A stretch of DNA of 63,946 nt, counting the filler, from Octopus bimaculoides (lineage: Eukaryota): the NCBI RefSeq assembly GCF_001194135.2. It is 7 parts of 6 records of this genome, joined end to end, with 100 filler letters (N's around TTAATTAATTAA, not from the genome) between each part and the next. Parts side by side here need not be neighbours in the genome. Positions count along the whole stretch, not along the records: positions 22,970 to 37,437 come from NC_068983.1; positions 37,538 to 52,459 come from NC_068985.1; 5 more parts are not named here. One strand, 5' to 3'. Shown here piece after piece: positions 26,972 to 37,793 of this stretch. The notes beneath the pieces were generated by a model that had not been told where the DNA came from, ran no database searches, and saw only the letters and a program-made list of their open reading frames with translations. The first letter of the stretch is position 1, and the number at the start of each line of letters is the position of its first letter. The position numbers were made by a program, and so were the translations under genes.

Positions 26972-27210
26972 CAAGGTAACAAGCTGGCAGAATTGTTAGC
27001 ATACCATGCAAAATTCTTAGCTGCATTTCATCTGTCTTTACTTTCTAAGTTCAAATTCTGCTGAGATCAACTTTACCTTTCTATCATCCTTGGGTAAGTG
27101 GGGGGGGGTCAATAAAATAAGTACCTGTCAAGTACTGGTGATGATATAATCGACTTCTCCCTTCCCACAAAAACTGCTGACCCTGTGCCAGAATTTGAAA
27201 TCAATGTTAG
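26972..27210 (+). mobile_element. SINE family B
   Basis: Homology to 2156-2357. Confidence 0.75.
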
Positions 27211-28329
27211 AAACTTGATTATGAATGATTAATCATTAGTTATATTATTCATCTTATTATTGCTGAAGACTGGCTCTTTGGATTTATTTACACCACATTC
27301 ATGGTAGATAGTCACTGTTTATTCTTTCTAATTCCACTTGATTTCAACTGGAACATGTACAGTAACAATAACTCCCTTTCTGCCAGAACATGAAGAGGTC
27401 ATTGCAAGAGAGTAACATCAACCATCTCAATTTAGTAATGATATCTAATAAATAAATATATAAACCTAAAGAAAAGGATAGAGGAGAAAAGAATTTTTAG
27501 TTTTAAAACATGTATTAGGAAGATTTAAATATTTCTACATAAATCAAATATTTTATACGTTGTGTGGTGTCCTCTATAATTATTTTTGTCAGTCCAGCTT
27601 TGCTGTGTAATCTAAATGAAATTTCAAAGAAAGTAATCCTGCATTCACATCTTAGACCCAGTACATTTCATTGCATTGCCAAAGTACATGAAAAGGCATA
27701 ATGCCACAACTTAATATTTCTTTTTTCTTCCTTGTTTGACTATAATGATAATCCCATTTTTATTTCTAACATGAGTGTAGCTAATACTGTATTATCCAAT
27801 GTGTTCTGCTGAAAATAGCAGCAGAATTTCCTTCCAATCACACCCTGCTATCTTATGCAAGTCAAGATAATTCTACATATGCTTAAAATGATGGTTGGAA
27901 TGTCTTGGTTGGACATAGATCTTCTCAAGTGGGATTAAACTGGGAATTAACAATGCCACCATAATTCCATCAGCATAAAAGAAATAGGGAAATTCCTAAC
28001 TCAAAAGCCTCAGACCTGTCAAAATCACAAATATGCACTTAGATTCCTTACAGTTGGAAAGAATTATTATGTACAATAACTTCAACTGAACCTGCCAGTT
28101 TCACAAAATTTCAAAACTGCAAAACAAAGACCCAACAAAAGCAGCATTACCCAGATCCCTTACGATACCATGTACACAATCAGATCACTGATCCACACAT
28201 CCCTTTTTCCAAGTTGCAATATGGATTCCACTTACTACACTCAACCACGAAACCTCACACAAAGATGACAGCTTCAAGACAATTTAGCTTAATATATCCA
28301 GTATCTAAGGAATTTCAACCATATTTCGT

Positions 28330-28750
28330 GGTCTGCTACCACAACAGCTCCTTTATAGGATCCAGTTAGCTCAAGACATCATCAGGAGGAACCACGTCCG
28401 GTTTCGGCCCCTACTCCTCTACCGTTTTGACGCGGCGGGCCCCTCCTTTCGGAGGTGTCTTCAGCTCTGGTGTTGGGTGTATGTCTTCTTTCTTCTATTC
28501 CCTGGCCTCTTCGATGCAGCATCAACGAGTGTCAGCGTCCGACTGATCGTCACGTCCAGTTCCCCTTTTTATATCTGCTGCTAGGCTCCAGCAGGCAGCC
28601 CCAGCTAGTTGTCACGTGACACTGTCTAAATTTCCCGCTGCTAGGCTCCAGCAAGTAGCCCCAGCAAGTTGTCACATGACACTGTCTGAACTTTAACTGA
28701 CAATGGAGGGCGCGAAGCCACTTCAGTGTCAGCCTGTCTCACCTAGACAT
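28330..28750 (-). mobile_element. GC-rich pseudo-LTR-like segment, probably Penelope-like
   Basis: Minus-strand ATATAAAA at about 28567-28574, 60-bp-period duplication upstream, CUGAAGA...GAAAC core about 100 nt downstream, second CUGAUGA after it; CpG-rich island in CpG-poor surroundings. Confidence 0.5.
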
Positions 28751-30384
28751 GTTATGACTTTCAAGCGATATTCGGTCTTCCCGCTTCAGCTACAATTTAC
28801 CACACTCACTCTAGTTAACATATACTGATACTTATCTGTCCACACCTTCACAAAACATAAGCACACCTTCAAATGCAGTTAACAGTTACCTCTGTTATTC
28901 CATTGCTACAATCACACAACTATTTCAACTCTACATTAACCAGAATGCAAACAATCGACTAAAAGTGGCACCTAACAAATTCACATTCTCCTTTCTTACT
29001 AATATTATCAAGGAATATCTGAAGCAATCAACTAGCGTATTCAACATCACAGACAAGTGGGAAAATGCTCTGAATTGTATACAACATTCACAACACACTT
29101 AGAAGACTGTAAAGAGAGGAAACAATGCACATATATATTTAGGGTACTCACAATTAAGACGAAGTCTATAAACAATATTAGAATGTTAGATTCATCCCAT
29201 ATTATGCCAGTTCTGCTAGCTAACCAAGAATCTTCTGCGAAGCACCTGCCTTCTCTCGAACAGCTATGCTGCATCTTCATTTATGGCCATGTCTTGGTGA
29301 TAAACTGCATGGAAATTTCCATTCAAATCACACGATCATACAAATGCATCTTCAATATAACTGACTGAAATGTAGGCTAAAATCAGTTGATATGCCGTAA
29401 CCTTCGTCTGTTACAGGCTGGCACGATTTCAAATGTCAAGTACTGCTGCAAATACTCTTTAGCAAGTGAGTTTGTTGGAAGACAAGCAAACGAAAATAAT
29501 TAAAAAGAATGCTTTTGAGACCAAAAAGTTGAATGCCCTTAAGTGGACATATTAATGCCAAAGACTGGTAGCGAAAACCATTAGAAAGCAAAAGAACAAT
29601 GTGTGATGCGTGCATAGTGGTAGGTACAAAATATGGCAAGAAAAAATACCATGGACAGTATGCGCAAAAATCGAATGCAGACCTAGAATGAGGCATCATG
29701 CAGAAAGGTACCCATAGAAAACTTAGGGGCAGAAAGGCTATCAACATGAATAAAGCATGCAGGTAAATGTATACGAAAGATAATGTACATAGGATAGAGA
29801 AAGAATACGTGAGTACGTGAAATAAAACCTAAAGTTTAAAACACGAATGGGTAATACAGCAAAAAAAAAAAAAAATGAAAACACAAAAGCAAAGGCATGC
29901 AACTGTAAATGACAAAATAAAGCGCATTGTCCATATTAAGAATTCGTGGATGCTAAATGGTACTGAACTGCTAAGCACATGCAAAGAGAAAAGTGCTCAT
30001 GTAATACCTTTGAAAATCAAAATATAGTGTTTGTGTATGGTGAAGGAAGCTGTAAGATTGATGCTGGATGCGCTAAACCAGGTAACTTGCTCTAACTTTA
30101 TGTGCATAGAGAGATGTTATAGAGGAAAACGGAGGTGTTGCTGGAAGAGAGAGCGCAGAAAGCACATTTTGTGCTTTTGTGTGTGAAACTGCTCAGAGAA
30201 TATGGCACGCATGTGACTGGATGTATGGACGGGTATAGGTTTGCATGTCATTTATGCTAACAAGAAAACGTACAGCAAAAATTAACTTGAGAAAACTGCA
30301 AACATTTATGCGAAAACCATTGCAAGAAAACAGTGAGTACTGCATTTATATATATATTTATTGTTGTTGTTGTTTAGCAGGTGT

Positions 30385-31100
30385 TGCCTGAGTGATACAA
30401 TACGGTATTCGAAGGCCGTCTGCACTGATCTCAGGCCTCTACCACCTTCGTTTCTTCCTAGGTAGAGCCTATCAACACCCCTGCTTCTGTGGAAGCTCCC
30501 AGTTGTTGTCAGGATTTTGCGAGTTTTGATATCTATGAGTGGATTTCCTCTGCAGACCAATCAAGTATCCCAAATGTTGGAATCAACACTGGTACTGCAA
30601 ATACATTGTGAGATATTGTTTTGTTGTAAGAGGAGAGTTCCGTTTGCCATAATTTTTTCAAACTCTGGTGTAATATTCTAGGGTCACTCTTTATTCACAG
30701 TGCCTTCATATGATGCATTTTCGTCTATGCCTAGGTANNNNNNNNNNGTGATACAATACGGTATTCGAAGGCCGTCTGCACTGATCTCAGGCCTCTACCA
30801 CCTTCGTTTCTTCCTAGGTAGAGCCTATCAACACCCCTGCTTCTGTGGAAGCTCCCAGTTGTTGTCAGGATTTTGCGAGTTTTGATATCTATGAGTGGAT
30901 TTCCTCTGCAGACCAATCAAGTATCCCAAATGTTGGAATCAACACTGGTACTGCAAATACATTGTGAGATATTGTTTTGTTGTAAGAGGAGAGTTCCGTT
31001 TGCCATAATTTTTTCAAACTCTGGTGTAATATTCTAGGGTCACTCTTTATTCACAGTGCCTTCATATGATGCATTTTCGTCTATGCCTAGGTACTTGTAA
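30385..31100 (-). mobile_element. R4/NeSL-type RLE retrotransposon RT C-terminal fragment, present twice across a 10-N gap
   Basis: YLGIDEN...NVFAVPVLIPTFGILDW...DIKTRKILTTTGSFHR..VDRLYLGRNEGGRGL; the two copies are essentially identical, so probably an assembly duplication. Confidence 0.85.
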
Positions 31101-31496
31101 CATTTTTTGTGTGGAACGGGAGAGATAGAGAGACCGTTGATGCACAGGTTTGGGGGACTGACTTTCCTCATTCTATAACCAAATACGAACATTTCTTTTG
31201 GTCAAATTCCATGCCTATATCAGCTGAAAGTGTTATTAATTCCAGTTGTTACAAGGGAAATAACTCGTCAGAAACGTGTAAATATCGACGTATTGCATGT
31301 GGTGAAAGACAAAAGGAATATATTTAAATCAAGAAGAAATGGGTAATCCACATTCTATTCATAGTTTTGTATCTAGTCTTGTATTGGTTTATATTAAGAT
31401 TAATGATATGATGTTGACACTATTTAAATGTAATTGTGTGTTGTTAGTTCTTTACAAATAATTATAATGAGAGTTTCTTTATTAACCATTAAGGGT

Positions 31497-32478
31497 GTAA
31501 GGACCGTGCAATCAGGAGAGGTGACGACGAATGGCTCCTTTAGTACATCGCACAATCAATACAAATAAAAATATGAGAAGAGGATAAATGAGTATAAGTG
31601 TCAGAAGGAAAAGAGAGACACAACCAGTAGAAGGTTTAAGAGAAGATTTTATTGATATGTCAACATGTAAGTCTGTGTGTATGAGTGCGACATATAAACA
31701 TAATAATAGACAGGCAGTCATGTAAGTAAAGTGTATGTGTATACAAACATGGATGTGTGCGAGAAAATACAGAGCATAGAAAAGAGTCTATAATGAAGTT
31801 AGAAGAATGTTCGGACACAAGAATGATAAAATACCAGTTCGTATTCAAGGTACACAGTGGTTGAGGTGCTGCAGCAAGAAGTTGAGGCCGCGTAGCAGAG
31901 CCGGGGAGAGGCACATGTCGTGTAAGAAGTTGTGGCTTCAATGCTGCTGCCGGTTACTTGGTACAGGAGTTCTCGCAGGTTGTATTTGCTGTTATCCATG
32001 GTGAAGTAATTCACAAACAGTGTGAAGATAGAACCTGTGCGATCGTCGCTGGTGGTGTGTACGTAGAGTAGTTGATGTCGTTAAGTAGATGGAGGCGATG
32101 AAAATGGAGATAGCCGTATACTGATGGTAGAGTGTTGAATCTCCATGTGACTGCTGTTGGGTCGTTGCTGGAACTGGCTGTGTGCTCTGTGGCCAGCGGC
32201 TAGATTTCAGGAGATCTGTAGCCGGACTGGCATATGGGACAATGAAAAGCTAGCTTTTATAACATGCTGTCGGATCAAACTGAGGTTCAGAAAAGACTGT
32301 CTCACGTGACCTTATCTGAAGGCTGCGATTGGTTGGATTGTATCTTAGCGCGCAATACAACAGGAGAGAAAATGTGCCAATACCAACCAATCAGAGTGGT
32401 AGACACAACAGGGTCCACTTCGTCCATATTCATGTATAAAAAAATAAAGAGAGAGAGAGAACGGTACAGGACGATACA
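31497..32478 (-). mobile_element. Possible solo-LTR-like element
   Basis: TGTA...TACA ends, minus-strand TATAAAA (32255-32261), CACGTG and CCAAT motifs upstream, GC-rich body; no matching TSD found. Confidence 0.35.
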
Positions 32479-34290
32479 ATATAATATAGTGTGTGGATAC
32501 ATGAAAGCGTGTAAACATTAAAATACCAAAAACAAAGAAACAAAATATTCAAGAAAGAATAATTCACGAAAAGATAACAGGCATCTGAGTGCTACTCATG
32601 GAAAACTCACAAAACTATGATCACTCTGACCACTAGAATAAGTGCCTTCACCCTATCCTCCTAGCTCAATCTACAGGTCCATGTTCATAACAAGCCTGTT
32701 CACTCCGAACGTTCTTACCACTCTTACTCAATTTGCTGGAATGCAGCACTTCCCCCTCCACACTCACTTCCTTTTTCTAGCGAAACTTAAAAAGGTTGAT
32801 GAGGGCTTGACCAAAGAGGAAGTTGTCTATCTTCAGCCCCGTTTGTCTGGCCCACCTCGAAACCTTTTTCTCTAAGGCCACCAGGCACACTGCCGGTCCT
32901 TTCTGGCCAAAAGAAGGCAGTGAGACTATCTATGCAATGGAGTCAGCAGATAATCGGATCCGCCAACTCGCTACTGCAAGCCCATTAAGCAACGTCCATT
33001 TCGTTGCTATCATCCAGCTTACATAAAATTAGAGAGTAGCAATACCATATCTGAAAGTCCTCCAAAAAAGACTTCTCAGACTGTCCTCATGCCTTCAAGG
33101 CCATCACCGTTCATATTCTCCATTAACCCCCTATAGAATGCAGAAGTTGACTTTACATGGCTCAGGTGGTAGAAAGCAATGGGTACATGGCAACATTCTA
33201 GATACCAAAGCTTAAACTTCTGTCTGCTCTTAATCCTGGACTAAAACTCGGTCGCTGAGACTAACTACAGAAAATCGTGTCACATAAACGGTGAGTAAAC
33301 CTATTCAGTCTTCGTGTAAGCGACTAGTTATTCTGTTTCCTTGCCCAAATTTTACCTTTTAGTGAGATTTACCACGTGCTTATAGATAACAGCGCATATC
33401 AATTCTCACTTAATTTACTTTAATAATCCCATTTCTGAAAATAATTTCAGGCAGAAAAGTTGTATTTTAATTTCCAGTACCTAGGATCCTATTTTATTAA
33501 TCAGGTCTAAGTTGAACTTATAGGAAAGTTGGTTATACATCATTAGATGTATACCTGACTTTCCTATATAAGATTAAAGAATATGACGGAACGCTGAACT
33601 CCAGACTATCAACTTAAACAACATTTATTCTGGTGGTAAATATATACATCTTTAGCTCTTGTTGTTACAGCTTCTATGTGTGTGAGTATAGTTGTTGGGA
33701 CGTTGTTATGTAGATGTGAGCGAGCTGTCGAGTGTAAGTCCGAAANNNNNNNNNNNNNNNNNNNNNNNNNNNNNNNNNNNNNNNNNNNNNNNNNNNNNNN
33801 NNNNNNNNNNNNNNNNNNNNNNNNNNNNNNNNNNNNNNNNNNNNNNNNNNNNNNNNNNNNNNNNNNNNNNNNNNNNNNNNNNNNNNNNNNNNNNNNNNNN
33901 NNNNNNNNNNNNNNNNNNNNNNNNNNNNNNNNNNNNNNNNNNNNNNNNNNNNNNNNNNNNNNNNNNNNNNNNNNNNNNNNNNNNNNNNNNNNNNNNNNNN
34001 NNNNNNNNNNNNNNNNNNNNNNNNNNNNNNNNNNNNNNNNNNNNNNNNNNNNNNNNNNNNNNNNNNNNNNNNNNNNNNNNNNNNNNNNNNNNNNNNNNNN
34101 NNNNNNNNNNNNNNNNNNNNNNNNNNNNNNNNNNNNNNNNNNNNNNNNNNNNNNNNNNNNNNNNNNNNNNNNNNNNNNNNNNNNNNNNNNNNNNNNNNNN
34201 NNNNNNNNNNNNNNNNNNNNNNNNNNNNNNNNNNNNNNNNNNNNNNNNNNNNNGTTATTCCCTGTTTAATTATATCATTATTCCCTAGTA

Positions 34291-34402
34291 AGGGTTTAGG
34301 GTTCGGGTTTTAGGGTTGGGGTTAGGGTTATGAGTTATAGGGTTAGGGTTAAGGTTATGGCAAAAATAATCATAACCCGAACCCTAACCCTAAAACCCTA
34401 AA
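34291..34402. repeat. Head-to-head degenerate telomere-like (TTAGGG)/(CCCTAA) arrays
   Basis: agggtttagggttcgggttttagggttggggttagggtt...ggttagggttaaggttatg, 11-nt spacer, cataacccgaaccctaaccctaaaaccctaaa. Confidence 0.85.
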
Positions 34403-35179
34403 GCTAAAACCAGTACAAACGCACGAACGATGTCATAAATAAGAGTAACACGGGTAGTTGTTATTGACAAACAACGGCACTAATTTTATTCAAGGGAAAA
34501 GATCCCATGACACCGTTACGGCATTAATTGTTTTCACCTCAATAGACGTCAGTGATTGGTTGAAATTACCGAAATACGACAATTTTTTACATAGAATAAC
34601 TTCGAATACAAAATTTTTTATCTGTTCTATACTACAAAATATACAAATATTCGAAGTTTGAAAGTGTTTCGGTACCAACGAAAACTCTTAAAACTGTTTC
34701 GATCACTCACTGAGATTTGTTGAAGTCGATATTTGTGTTTTGTTTTCCTTCGAGATAAAATCCAGCAGTAAATACCTTTCTCACACGACCGCGCGCGCGC
34801 ACACACACACCTATACGATCAGAGGTTTCGGTTTCGATCCCACAGCGTGAAATTTGAAGCAAGCGTCCTAGTGATCCTACCTGATTGTGAAATTTCCACC
34901 CACTTTTAATTCACCAAGTTAATGAATTCTCTGTCCTATTGATTGAACAATTAGAAAAGTCATTGTCGACTTTTCTAATTGTTTGATCAATGGAGCACTA
35001 GTTGAATTGAGACATTAATAGGAAAGTAGTGCACAGTCACGCGCATCTTTAGCGTTATTCTTCAGCGAGAAACGACAAAGCAGTGAATGGAAACCAAAAC
35101 CTCATGATCGATGCGCGTGCATGTGTGGGTAGAGGACGTGCCTGTGTGCGTGTGTGTGTGCACGCGCCTATGGAGGCTA

Positions 35180-36365
35180 TTGGGGGAAATTACAGTCATA
35201 ATGTTTTCAAAATGAGTGTATATCAGATACTGCACGCTGTATGGATTCAAAAGTGGCTCTTCGGCAATGGAAGTGTCAAGAAATATTCGTTCCGTCTATG
35301 GGAATGAAGCGTTAAGTGTCTGGATATATCAAGGCTGGTTTGACTAGTTTCGCCTGGGAATCTTTTCCCTCGCAGATTCCCCCTCTACCTAGACAACCAT
35401 TTTCTGTCAATAAAAAGCTTCTGAGGGCGGAGAACTAGCAAAATCGTTTGCACGCCGGGCAAAATGCTTAGTGGCATTTTGTCTTCCTTTGCGTTTTGAG
35501 TTCAAATGCTGCCGAGGCTGACTTTGCCTCTCATCCTTACGGGTCAACAAAAAGAGTACCATTTTAATACTGGAGTCGATGTAATTGACTAACCCCCTCT
35601 CCCGAAATTGCTGGCCTTGTGCCAAAACCTGAAACCAATATTAAGCTTTTGAAAGCCGCAGATCAGGAAATTCTAAAGCAAACAGCACAAGTAATAGCAA
35701 ATCAGTTTAATTCACTTCCCACCTTCATGAACTTAGAAAAATGTCTAAAATTGCTCAGAATGTCAGTTGTTATTTGAATACTCCTCAGCTTAATCAAAGA
35801 ATTGCCCTCTATTTGTCATTGAAAGTTGACTTGCTACGAAACCTTTTTGGGGTAGAAACATTACAAGTGAAAAGCGGGCTCTCTATAACCATATCCAACG
35901 AAAACGACAGCATCCAGGGAAAAAGGAGAATCCATCCCCAGCAAAAACTATTCTCTGTATTTTATGGGATAGGATATCCTTTATCATGAAGTGTTAAACC
36001 AAAACGAAACAGTTAATGCGGAGAACTATTCTCGTCAATTGGAAGCATTGCACAAAACTTTACAGAAAAAGCGTCTACCATTGGTTAATTGCAAATGGAT
36101 GTTGTTCTTACATGGTAATAAGACTACATATTTCTCAAGTCACTTGAGAAAAGATTATGGCTCTAAATATAGAAGTCATCCTCCTTGCTCCCCTGACCTT
36201 GCTCCATTTCATTATCATCTTTTCAGATTATTGCAAGATTATTTGGAGGGAAAACAGTTTATCAATTGTGAAGCGGTTAAAAATGATACAGAATATTTCT
36301 TTAATTCGAAACCAGAAGAGTTTACCCCCGATGAGTCAACAATTTGCCAAACAGATGATGTAGTG
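35180..36365 (+). pseudogene. mariner transposase fossil, frameshifted and split by a SINE
   Basis: IRYCTLYGFKSGSSAMEVSRNIRSVYGNEALS...QGWF; KPFWGRNITSEKRALYNHIQRKRQ; ETVNAENYSRQL...HPPCSPDLAPFHYHLFRLLQDYLEGKQF (YSPDLAP motif). Confidence 0.9.
35423..35643 (+). mobile_element. SINE family B nested in mariner
   Basis: Homology to 2156-2357. Confidence 0.8.
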
Positions 36366-36448
36366 GAGTTCATTTCGGGCCTTGTGCCTAGAGTAGAAAA
36401 GAATACTATGAGAAATCTGTCGATTCAGGTTCGAATCTACTCTGTCTA

Positions 36449-36634
36449 AGGGCCGAAATTTTGGGGGAGGGGACCAATCGATTAGATCGACCCCAGTACA
36501 CAACTGGTACTTAATTTATCGACCCTGAAAGGATAAGTCGACCTCGGCGGAATTTGAACTCAGAACGTAACGACAAACGAAGTACCGTATGCATTTCGCC
36601 CGGCGTGATAACGTTTCTGCCAGTTCGCCGCCTT
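36449..36634 (-). mobile_element. SINE family B
   Basis: Near-consensus copy with CpGs intact. Confidence 0.85.
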
Positions 36635-37637
36635 GGTTTCCCTATATTTCAACAGCACTTTTCTCACAGAAGAAACAATAGTGACAGCAAGTTACAGTTA
36701 GCATATGGCTTTGCTAAGCCGAATTTATTTCTTTACAACTTAACCTTTGTGACCTCTTCTATTTCACCAAATGTTGAATTGGGATAACAGACGCCCAACG
36801 AAATCTGTTGTTCTCAACAATATGTCTCTCCTTCTGACTTGGTTTTGCATGGTTATAAATACTAGAACTCCATAAGCCAAAATCAGTTAGTGAACGGAGA
36901 CAACTAGAGATGGCCACAGGCAGATAGCTACTTGAGACAATCGGCCAGAGGGAGAAAGAAAGTTACAATCAACTACTATGAGAGTTTTACAACTTTCCTC
37001 GATAGTTATTCGTTTTGAGCTGTTATATCGATGATGTTGATGTTGCAGTTGTGCAAGATGAAAGAACAGTAGACGAAGTTAATCTTGACTCCAAATTTAT
37101 TTACCGTTACTTTAATATATATATATAGGAACCTGGCAGGCGTGAAGTGGATTCGATCCACTTTACCCATATTTGAATAGCTAGGCCGAAGCGGTCTCCA
37201 CCACTTGACCCTTTTCTGACCTCTTCTGCTCCATCTAGAATTGAGGTAAACAAGCTAAATCCTTTTCACTCACTGCCCTGCTTCATGGCTATATAAACAG
37301 GACACTTCAAGAAAACTTCCTCTTTTCACTTTCTAGTGACCAGTGGTCACTTGACGTCTCATGGAGAAAGATGCCTGGCTGATCAGCTACAACTTGGCAG
37401 AGGGAGAAATAACTTTACTGTCAGCCACTGTCAGATANNNNNNNNNNNNNNNNNNNNNNNNNNNNNNNNNNNNNNNNNNNNTTAATTAATTAANNNNNNN
37501 NNNNNNNNNNNNNNNNNNNNNNNNNNNNNNNNNNNNNATATATAATATATATATATATATATAAATATATATATATATAAAATATGTATATGCGTGCACA
37601 CTCATAAAGTTCACAGTATCTATTACCTTTGTTACAG

Positions 37638-37793
37638 GGGATGAAATTGGAGGAGTGAGTTGTAGCATACGAGGTCGGGATGACATACTTCAAGTGTGGA
37701 ATACTCAGGCTCACCTTGTTGAAAAAAGTTCATTAACCAAGAAGATTGAGTCCATGTTTCCAGGAGTTACTTTCATATCAGTATACTATAAAG
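37638..37793 (+). CDS. EIF4E3: eukaryotic translation initiation factor 4E type 3, penultimate coding exon (phase 1 to phase 1)
   Basis: ttacctttgttacag acceptor, 156 nt, AAAG|gttagt donor; DEIGGVSCSIRGRDDILQVWNTQAHLVEKSSLTKKIESMFPGVTFISVYYK aligns with eIF4E3 [21 protein letters not shown]...LPHITFKAVFYK (recalled sequence). Confidence 0.9.

Noticed and set aside
30385-31100. Apparent tandem duplication of a retrotransposon fragment
   Set aside because: Copies are essentially identical and separated by exactly 10 N, typical of unmerged contig overlap
32640-33130. ORF 32642-32875 with acceptor-like ttcctttttctag
   Set aside because: No donor or homology; composition suggests a decayed LINE
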